Assembly (NCBI GenBank): GCA_947448325.1
Contig: CANFMK010000001.1
Span: 1 to 61,420, forward strand
DNA from: Comamonadaceae bacterium
Lineage (GTDB): Bacteria > Pseudomonadota > Gammaproteobacteria > Burkholderiales > Burkholderiaceae_C
Direction: 5' to 3'
DNA length: 61,420 nt
Part shown: positions 49,168-56,289 of the stretch, one piece after another
How positions within the stretch are numbered: position 1 is the first letter of the stretch
Layout of the letters: each line of letters opens with the position of its first letter
The notes under the pieces: model-generated
The model's database searches: none
What the model saw: the letters and a program-made list of their open reading frames with translations, nothing else
What the model was told of the DNA's origin: nothing
Translations under genes and position numbers: made by a program

Positions 49168-50540
49168 GCGGCACATGCGAAATCCTTCACATACCAGTGG
49201 TCATCGTGGGCGCAGGTGCCTGTGGCCTCACTGCGGCACTGGCATTACACAGGCAAGGCATTGAATGCGTGGTGCTAGAACGTGACGCAGTGCCCGCGGG
49301 TTCTACCGCATTGTCTTCTGGTTTTGTACCTGCGCCTTCAACAAGGGTACAAAAGGCAGCTGATGTGCACGACAGCCCTCAATTGTTTGCGCAAGACATT
49401 CAAAACAAAGCCCATGGCCAAGCAGCTCCTGCATTGGTGCAGGCCTATAGCGAAGCCATCGGCCCTGCCATGGATGCTTTGGAAGCGCATCACCAAATTC
49501 CATGGCAATTGCTCGATCAGTTTTTGTACCCCGGCCACAGCGTGCACCGCATGCATGCTGTGCCCGAAAAAACGGGCGAAGGCTTAATGAGTCGGCTACG
49601 CGCAGCCGTCGATGCGGTGGGTGTCGTGGTTTTAATGCAAGCTCAAGCAACAGCGCTTCATGCGGACGATCAAGGAAGTATTCACAGTCTCAGCTTTTCG
49701 CAGCCCGATGGAAGTACCAGCAGACTGACTTGTGACGCTGTGATCTTGGCGTGCAATGGTTTTGGTGGCAATGCAGAAATGGTGAAACAACACTTACCCG
49801 CCATGAAACATGCTCAGTATGCTGGCCATGCGGGTAATGATGGCAGCGCTATCGCTTGGGGTATTCAGTTGGGTGCAGAATTGGCCGACATGGGCGCGTA
49901 CCAAGGCCATGGTTCTTGGGCCATTCCCCATGGAAGCCTGATTTCTTGGGCCATCATGATGGAAGGTGGCGTTCAAATTAACCTCTTGGGCGAACGCTTT
50001 CATGACGAAACACAAGGTTACTCAGAGGCCGCTGTGAAAGTCTTGGTTCAGACCGATGGCATCGCCTGGAACGTCTTTGACGGCCAGTTGTTGCGCTTTG
50101 CACAAGAATTTCCTGATTTTGTGGTTGCGCAAGAAGCTGGCGCCGTCAAATCTGCTGCGGATATTGCTGCTTTGGCAGCCATCATCGGTTGTCCGGTCGA
50201 CGCGTTACACAAAACCTTGTCGGCGATGAACCCAAGCGGCGCGGAAGATTGCTGGGGCCGCATTGTCAAACGCCCTTTGGAAGCACCGTTTTACGCTGTC
50301 AAAGTAACGGGGGCCCTGTTTCACACGCAAGGTGGTTTGAACATCAATGCGCAATGCCAGGTGCTTAAACCCAATGGCAACACCTTGCCCAACTTGTATG
50401 CCGCGGGTGGCGCTGCACGCGGCGTATCCGGTGCGGAGGTATGGGGCTATTTATCTGGTAATGGATTGCTCAGTGCCATTGCGGGCGGCCACATTGCGGC
50501 ACACGCAGTGGCCCAAAAAATCAACAAGGACATCTCATGA
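49164..50540 (+). CDS. FAD-dependent oxidoreductase (FAD_binding_2; flavocytochrome c/TcuA/KstD-like)
   Basis: 'IVGAGACG', 'GSTALSSG', 'HTQGGL', 'NLYAAG', 'YLSGNGL'. Confidence 0.85.
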   Translation: MSGTCEILHIPVVIVGAGACGLTAALALHRQGIECVVLERDAVPAGSTALSSGFVPAPSTRVQKAADVHDSPQLFAQDIQNKAHGQAAPALVQAYSEAIGPAMDALEAHHQIPWQLLDQFLYPGHSVHRMHAVPEKTGEGLMSRLRAAVDAVGVVVLMQAQATALHADDQGSIHSLSFSQPDGSTSRLTCDAVILACNGFGGNAEMVKQHLPAMKHAQYAGHAGNDGSAIAWGIQLGAELADMGAYQGHGSWAIPHGSLISWAIMMEGGVQINLLGERFHDETQGYSEAAVKVLVQTDGIAWNVFDGQLLRFAQEFPDFVVAQEAGAVKSAADIAALAAIIGCPVDALHKTLSAMNPSGAEDCWGRIVKRPLEAPFYAVKVTGALFHTQGGLNINAQCQVLKPNGNTLPNLYAAGGAARGVSGAEVWGYLSGNGLLSAIAGGHIAAHAVAQKINKDIS

Positions 50541-51418
50541 GTTCCATGGCCGTACCCACATTGGCTCAAAGACTGAAACAATCCAACGCCTTGTTGGCCC
50601 CAGGGATTTACGATGCCTTCAGTGCCCTGATTGCCGAACAAGCTGGATTTGAGGCTCTCTATTTGTCTGGCGCTTCCATTGCCTACACTCGCTTAGGCCG
50701 CTCCGACATGGGTCTCACCACGGCCACAGAAGTTGCGCAAACACTGGCCCACATCACCGACCGGATCAAGGTACCTGTGATTGTGGATGCCGACACGGGC
50801 TTTGGCAATGCGCTAAATACGCAGCGCACAGTTCGCGACTTTGAACGTGCGGGTGCTGCCATGATTCAAATTGAAGACCAAACCTTTCCTAAGCGCTGCG
50901 GTCATTTGGATGGCAAAGGGGTTGTATCCGTGGCAGAAATGCAAGGCAAATTGAAAGCTGCATTGGATGCACGTCAAAACAGACATACTTTGATCTTGGC
51001 GCGCACCGACGCGATAGCCGTAGAGGGCTTAAATGCTGCTCTAGAACGTGCCGAAGCCTACTTGGCGTGCGGTATCGATGCCTTGTTCGTGGAGGCTCTT
51101 CGAACGCCCGAACAAATGGATCAAGCCTGCGCGCAGTTTGCGCACCGGATTCCTTTGCTAGCCAACATGGTGGAGGGTGGTCAAACACCCATTCAAAGTG
51201 CCAGTGAATTAGGTGATCGTGGTTTCAAGATTGTGATTTTCCCGGGCGGCACTGCGCGTGCTGTAGCGCATACTTTGCAGGGCTACTATGGCAGCTTACA
51301 CGCACATCAAACCACTACCCCGTGGCGAAACAAGATGTTGAATTTTGATGATTTAAATCAACTGATTGGCACCCCCGATTTATTGGCACACGGGAAAAAA
51401 TACGACGGCAAATCATGA
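50537..51418 (+). CDS. Isocitrate lyase/PEP mutase superfamily C-C lyase (PrpB/dimethylmalate lyase-like)
   Basis: 'VDADTGFG', 'IEDQ.FPKRCGH', 'ARTDA', 'ANMVEGG.TP'. Confidence 0.92.
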   Translation: MSSMAVPTLAQRLKQSNALLAPGIYDAFSALIAEQAGFEALYLSGASIAYTRLGRSDMGLTTATEVAQTLAHITDRIKVPVIVDADTGFGNALNTQRTVRDFERAGAAMIQIEDQTFPKRCGHLDGKGVVSVAEMQGKLKAALDARQNRHTLILARTDAIAVEGLNAALERAEAYLACGIDALFVEALRTPEQMDQACAQFAHRIPLLANMVEGGQTPIQSASELGDRGFKIVIFPGGTARAVAHTLQGYYGSLHAHQTTTPWRNKMLNFDDLNQLIGTPDLLAHGKKYDGKS

Positions 51419-51579
51419 GTTATCAGACTCACCATGTGAGTCACCAACGCAAGATTAGTTGAAACTTACAAAAAATCTGGCATGAGATCTGACTGGCCTA
51501 GCAAGATTACGGGTAAGGCAAACTGGGTAAATTAAAGAAGCGAAGGAAAAAATATTTGAAGTGGCATGCACATTTGCCC

Positions 51580-51606
51580 TCAAGTTCACTCAATCTGTGC
51601 CGATGC
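51580..51606 (+). promoter_or_regulatory. Sigma-28 (FliA)-type promoter upstream of the 72-aa ORF
   Basis: TCAAGTTC-N11-GCCGATGC versus consensus TAAAGTTT-N11-GCCGATAA, with exact spacing. Confidence 0.6.
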
Positions 51607-51643
51607 TATGCCTATGACCGATAAAGGTTAATGGGTTTCCATC

Positions 51644-51862
51644 ATGATCATTGAACGAGTTGAATTACAAAGCATACGTACCAGCGAATACATTTCCATT
51701 CTGAGTGGATTGGATGTGGGTGAATGTCTGTTTTTTGATGACTTCAAAAAAGCGCAAAGCCTTAGGTCACTCGCCTATTACCTGAAAAAATCCAGAAATC
51801 TTGAACGAAATTTCATGTTCAGAAAAATGGACAACGGGTGGAGACTGATTCGCGTTTCCTGA
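51644..51862 (+). CDS. Small basic hypothetical protein (72 aa)
   Basis: Isolated ORF with its own promoter, converging on fliS; pattern 'LDVGECLFF...FMFRKMDNGWRLIRV'. Confidence 0.65.
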   Translation: MIIERVELQSIRTSEYISILSGLDVGECLFFDDFKKAQSLRSLAYYLKKSRNLERNFMFRKMDNGWRLIRVS

Positions 51863-51872
51863 GCTACAAAAT

Positions 51873-52328
51873 TTAGGCCATATAGGGAGCTGTCAAACGT
51901 CTATTTTGGTATGCCATAGGTCTAATTTCCTTGCGTGGCGTTATCGGTTGTGACAACTTTTTCCAGGCATCTGACAGCGTACGCGTCAGCAACAACACTT
52001 CACTTAAAGCTTGTACATCACGGTGCACATTCGCTTGCCACAAACGCATCCCCATGTAGGCATAAAGATACGCCAAGTTGGACCCCAGCGGGGGATGCCT
52101 GTTTGAATCCAAGGTCAGTTGCAGCCCTTTGATGATTCTTTGAGCACTCGAAAGTGATTGGAGTTTGAGCTCCGGGGCTTGATTAAGGCCATGCCCTTGC
52201 GCCGCTAACAACGATGCATTCAGACTTTCAAATAAGACCTGAATCATCTTTAATTTGCTGCCTGTCATCAAATCAGAATCGCGCTGCACTGACTCATACA
52301 AGTGGATTAGATGCGTGCGTCTGGACAT
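51873..52328 (-). CDS. fliS: Flagellin export chaperone FliS (divergent)
   Basis: 'Y..VQ', 'MIQVLFE', 'AQRII.GL..TLD', 'NLAYLYAYM..RL..AN', 'L.EV......L.DAW'; AGGAG RBS. Confidence 0.85.
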   Translation of the reverse strand: MSRRTHLIHLYESVQRDSDLMTGSKLKMIQVLFESLNASLLAAQGHGLNQAPELKLQSLSSAQRIIKGLQLTLDSNRHPPLGSNLAYLYAYMGMRLWQANVHRDVQALSEVLLLTRTLSDAWKKLSQPITPRKEIRPMAYQNRRLTAPYMA

Positions 52329-52371
52329 GCAGACTCTCCTAAGTGAAACATTTCAGGTCCAGCATGCCTCA

Positions 52372-52475
52372 AAAACTTGAGTCGCTATCCATGCAAACTG
52401 CGCAAAATGTGCAAATAACGCAAATAACGTCAACCCTGCAAATTTGGCAAAGCGCGCAAAAATCGCTCAAGTTTT
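52372..52475. repeat. 9-bp-periodic GCAAA-N4 array flanked by a 10-bp inverted repeat
   Basis: GCAAA at 52393, 52402, 52411, 52420, (GTCAA at 52429), 52438, 52447, 52456; flanks AAAACTTGAG (52372) and CTCAAGTTTT (52466). Confidence 0.85.
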
Positions 52476-52542
52476 GAACAGCCTCCGTTAAGGTCAGAGC
52501 ATTGCTAAATCGCATTGTTTCTACATTGCTTGAGGATTCCAC

Positions 52543-53367
52543 ATGACTACCGTTACCAACCTAGACAGCTTGCGAGCTTTGGCTGGTCTGAATCAGGCCA
52601 ACACCAAAGTGAGCCAAGCCTCTGAGCGACTCAGCACAGGTTTTCGCGTTAACAGATCCTCAGACGATGTAGGCGGCATGGCGGTCGCTAACGACCTTAA
52701 AACCCAAATTGGATCGTTCAATGCTGTCCTGGATAACGTTTCGCAAGGTAGCGCGGTGACACAAACCATCGACACCGCATTGACCGCGATCGTCGATATT
52801 TTGGGCTACATGCGCGTAGCAGCGGCGGCATCAGAGAGCGATTCACTCAGTACGGCAGAACGGACCGCTTACCAAGATGAGATAGATGCTTATGTCACAT
52901 CCATTGACACCATATCAACCAACGCCAGTTGGAATGGCACTTCTTTGATGTCATCCGCCTCGACCTTGGACGTGCAAACAGGCGTTAACTCTGGCGACAG
53001 CACGACCCTGAGTTTTGACAAAATCACAAGCAGTTCACTGGCGATCAGCAGTCTCAGCACCGCCACCACCACCACCGCCGGTACAGCGGTGAATTCAATA
53101 GACGATGCATTAGACACAGTCAATACTTATCAGGCTTATATTGGCGCGATGTCCAACGTCATGGACTCTCAGTACAACGTAGCCAACGACACCATTATCA
53201 ATTACTCATCTGCATACGGCAAAATCATGAATGCAGACTATGCTGCTGAAACAGCTAATTTGGCTGCAGCACAAATACAACGCGATGGTGCTGCGGCCAT
53301 GATGATCCAAGGCAACGACCTCAATCGCTCATTGGTCGACTATCTGCTGAAATCCGTATCCAACTAA
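52543..53367 (+). CDS. Minimal, divergent flagellin (274 aa)
   Basis: N-domain 'ERLSTGFRVNRSSDD.GG', 'WNGTSL', 'VQTG.NSGD'; C-domain 'A..SIDDALD.V......GA..N', 'IMNADYAAETANL'; GAGGA RBS. Confidence 0.92.
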   Translation: MTTVTNLDSLRALAGLNQANTKVSQASERLSTGFRVNRSSDDVGGMAVANDLKTQIGSFNAVLDNVSQGSAVTQTIDTALTAIVDILGYMRVAAAASESDSLSTAERTAYQDEIDAYVTSIDTISTNASWNGTSLMSSASTLDVQTGVNSGDSTTLSFDKITSSSLAISSLSTATTTTAGTAVNSIDDALDTVNTYQAYIGAMSNVMDSQYNVANDTIINYSSAYGKIMNADYAAETANLAAAQIQRDGAAAMMIQGNDLNRSLVDYLLKSVSN

Positions 53368-53440
53368 CCCGTAATCAGCGCGCAATGGCGTTGTGTGCTT
53401 TGTGTCATAACCAAATTGTCAAAGATACTCGGTTCACAAC

Positions 53441-54163
53441 TTAACGCACCGTTTTCGCCCAGGCTTCATAACGAGCCTTATTAACTTCGTTGGGTGGGTA
53501 AAGGCCTGGCAGCGCCGCACCGTTGTTGACCTCGTTCATGATCCAGGCTTCCAGGCGTTCTTGTTCGACCGCTGCTTCCACCACCGCATCCAGCAAGTCC
53601 GCCGGGATCAGTACCGCGCCGTCGGTGTCGACCACCACGATGTCGTTCGGAAACACTGCCACACCCCCGCAACCAATGGGTTCTTGCCAATTCACAAAGG
53701 TCAGTCCAGCCACCGAAGCTGGTGCTGCAGTGCCTTGGCACCAGACCGGCAAGCCGGTGCTGAGCACGCCGGCCAAATCACGAACCACGCCATCGGTTAC
53801 CAAACCGGCCACGCCACGCTTTTGCATGCGGGCGCACAAAATGTCGCCAAAGATGCCGGCATCGGTCACGCCCATGGCGTCCACCACGGCAATGCATCCG
53901 GCCGGCATGGCTTCAATCGCGGCGCGGGTCGAAATCGGCGAGCCCCATGATGCGGGCGTGGCCAAGTCTTCGCGTGCGGGCACAAAGCGCAAGGTAAAGG
54001 CCCGCCCCACCACACGCGGCTGACCCGGTTGAATCGGCCGGGTGCCCCGAATCCACACATTGCGCAAACCTTTTTTGAGTAGCACCGTGGTCAAGGTGGC
54101 CGTGGTCACGCCAGAGAGTTTTTGCACAATGGCAGGGTCTAAAGGCAGGGATTCGAGTGACAT
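53441..54163 (-). CDS. RraA/HMG-aldolase family protein
   Basis: 'VGRAFTLRF', 'GIFGDIL..RM..RGVAGLVTDG.VRD', 'DIVVVDTDG'. Confidence 0.88.
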   Translation of the reverse strand: MSLESLPLDPAIVQKLSGVTTATLTTVLLKKGLRNVWIRGTRPIQPGQPRVVGRAFTLRFVPAREDLATPASWGSPISTRAAIEAMPAGCIAVVDAMGVTDAGIFGDILCARMQKRGVAGLVTDGVVRDLAGVLSTGLPVWCQGTAAPASVAGLTFVNWQEPIGCGGVAVFPNDIVVVDTDGAVLIPADLLDAVVEAAVEQERLEAWIMNEVNNGAALPGLYPPNEVNKARYEAWAKTVR

Positions 54164-54205
54164 GGCATTTCCAGAATAAAAAATGTGTGGACTGAGGTGA
54201 GCGAC

Positions 54206-54466
54206 TTAGACGCCTAACTGGGCACGCCGAGCATCACGCAACATGAACAGGTAAAGACTTTCAACCTTATCTCGCGCCCAAGGGGTTTTGCGTAAGAACT
54301 TGAGACAAGAGGCCACGCTCGGGTCATGGGTGAAGCAGCGCACCGGTATGCGCTCACCCAAACCCTCCCAGCCGTAATGGTCAGCCAAGGCCTTGACGAT
54401 GTTTTCCAGGGTCATGCCGTGCAAGGGGTTGCGCGGCTGGACGGGTTTCTCAAGAGGTTCAGTCAT
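54206..54466 (-). CDS. VF530 family (DUF2132) DNA-binding protein
   Basis: '[16 protein letters not shown]...[25 protein letters not shown]'. Confidence 0.9.
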   Translation of the reverse strand: MTEPLEKPVQPRNPLHGMTLENIVKALADHYGWEGLGERIPVRCFTHDPSVASCLKFLRKTPWARDKVESLYLFMLRDARRAQLGV

Positions 54467-54508
54467 ATGGCTATTTTCAGCCCATCTGCGGTGCTCTTAG
54501 AGGAAAAT

Positions 54509-55195
54509 TTACTTGAGTACCTTCAAGGGCAACTCGCCCCCGTTGGGAATCGGCGTGCGGTCCACATTCAGCACCATGGCAACCAGAACGTAGTAACCGT
54601 TGACCGCGATCAAATCCATCACGCCCTGCTCGCCGAACTGGTCCACCACCGCTTTGTAGGTGGCATCACTGACCCGTTTTTGGGTATGCAACTCTTGGCA
54701 AAAGTTGTAAACGATTTCTTCGTCCGGCTTCATGCCGGTGGGTCGCTGGCCTGCCGCCACCGCCGCGGCCACCTCAGGGCTGAGCCCCGCTTGGAGGGCT
54801 AAGCGATGGTGTGCATGCCATTCATATTGCGCATTCCATTGCCTGGCGGTGATCAAAATCGCAAATTCATTCAGACGCGCACCCATGGTGCTTTTGAAGC
54901 GGATATAAGAACCCACCTTTTGCAAATGATCGCCCAATTCGGGGCTGCGTAAAAAGACATTGAAGGGGCTGCCCAAAGCCGCGCTGTTGGCGGCGGAGCC
55001 CGGCACGGCGGCGCGAGGGCCGGAACGGATGTTGTTGGCCAACTCACGTTGAGCCGGCGTCATTTGTTCTGCACTGAGCAGCTGAAAGCGTGCGGGGCCA
55101 GCCGGCGCTGCGGTCTGCGTGACCGCGCAAGACGCCAAACACAGTGGGATACTGCAAGCCGCCAAACGCGCGGCCGTCAACCAAGTCGGGTTCAT
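54509..55195 (-). CDS. Carboxymuconolactone decarboxylase/AhpD-fold protein, possibly a lipoprotein
   Basis: 'PFNVFLRSPEL', 'EFAILITAR.W...YEW.AH'; N-terminal lipobox-like LASC; CAGGAG RBS. Confidence 0.8.
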   Translation of the reverse strand: MNPTWLTAARLAACSIPLCLASCAVTQTAAPAGPARFQLLSAEQMTPAQRELANNIRSGPRAAVPGSAANSAALGSPFNVFLRSPELGDHLQKVGSYIRFKSTMGARLNEFAILITARQWNAQYEWHAHHRLALQAGLSPEVAAAVAAGQRPTGMKPDEEIVYNFCQELHTQKRVSDATYKAVVDQFGEQGVMDLIAVNGYYVLVAMVLNVDRTPIPNGGELPLKVLK

Positions 55196-55271
55196 CGATG
55201 TCTCCTGAGGCAAGATGGTCGCCAAAGCCCAGTTGCTTGGCGCTCAGGGCGCAGTATCGCGCGGTGCGATC

Positions 55272-56270
55272 TCAGTCCACTGTCGCGCCAGAGTCTTTCA
55301 CCACTTTGCCCAAGCGCACCGTTTCTTTCTTGATCAACTCGCCAAAGGACGCGGCCGTTCCGGCCACCACGGGGGTGCCCAGGGCTTCCCACTTTTTACG
55401 GAATTCGGGCTCTTTGAAGATGGCGTTCAAGGTACTGTTGAGTTTATCGATGACGGGAGCAGGCGTGCCCGCACGCACGGCAATGCCGTGCCAACCGGTG
55501 AACTCGTAGCCCACCACACCCGCTTCGGCCATGGTCGGCACATCCGGCAATTGCGGGCTGCGCTTGGCCGAGGTCACGGCCAATGGGGTCAGCTTGCCCG
55601 ACTGGATGTATTGCAAGGAACTGCCCAAAATATCAAACATCACGCCCACTTGACCACCCAGCAAGTCATTGAGCGCAGGCCCAGCCCCGCGGTAGGGAAT
55701 GTGCGCAATGTGGGTGCCCATTTGGGTGTTGAACAACTCACCCGCCAAATGCTGGGGTGTGCCGTTGCCAGCAGAAGCGAAACTCAGGTCAGATTTCGGA
55801 TTTTTGCCCAAGGCCACCAATTCCTTGACGGTCTTCACGCCCACTTTGGGATTGACTTCCAGCACCAAGGGAAAAGAGGAAATCTGAATGACCGGGGCCA
55901 AATCAACCATGGGGTTGAAGGGCATGGTGCGGTACAGGGTGGGGTTGACCGCCATCGGGCCGCTCGCAGCCAACAGCAAAGTGTAGCCATCGGCCGGCGC
56001 TTGCTTGGCCACTTCGGCACTGCCCAAGTTACCGCCGGCACCGCCTTTGTTGTCGATCACCACCGTCACATTCAGGCGGGTTTGCATTTCGCCTTGCAGC
56101 AAGCGGGCCATCAAATCGGTCGGGCCACCCGGTGGGTAAGGCACGACAAAGCGGATGGTTTTGCTGGGATAAGCGTCTTGCGCGTGGGCACCCCCCGGTA
56201 CGGCCCACCCTGCCACCAGGGTGAACAAGGATGTGGCCATTGCGGCGGTGATTTTGAATTGGTGTGGCAT
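55272..56270 (-). CDS. Bug/TctC substrate-binding protein
   Basis: 'YPSKTIRFVVPYPPGGPTD', 'ADGYTLL', 'HIPYRG', 'LPDVPT'. Confidence 0.93.
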   Translation of the reverse strand: MPHQFKITAAMATSLFTLVAGWAVPGGAHAQDAYPSKTIRFVVPYPPGGPTDLMARLLQGEMQTRLNVTVVIDNKGGAGGNLGSAEVAKQAPADGYTLLLAASGPMAVNPTLYRTMPFNPMVDLAPVIQISSFPLVLEVNPKVGVKTVKELVALGKNPKSDLSFASAGNGTPQHLAGELFNTQMGTHIAHIPYRGAGPALNDLLGGQVGVMFDILGSSLQYIQSGKLTPLAVTSAKRSPQLPDVPTMAEAGVVGYEFTGWHGIAVRAGTPAPVIDKLNSTLNAIFKEPEFRKKWEALGTPVVAGTAASFGELIKKETVRLGKVVKDSGATVD

Positions 56271-56289
56271 GTTGTCTCCATCAAGGGGG

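Noticed and set aside
52393-52460. CRISPR or simple VNTR reading of the 9-bp array
   Set aside because: Units are far too short for CRISPR, no cas genes are present, and variable spacers argue against a slippage repeat.
52467-52491. Canonical sigma-28 promoter for the flagellin (TCAAGTTT...TCCGTTAA)
   Set aside because: Spacer is 9 nt rather than 11; the mirror element facing fliS has no matching -10. Not listed as a promoter feature.
36290-53440. Prophage or ICE integrated at tRNA-Asn
   Set aside because: No integrase, phage or conjugation genes and no repeat of the tRNA 3' end were found.
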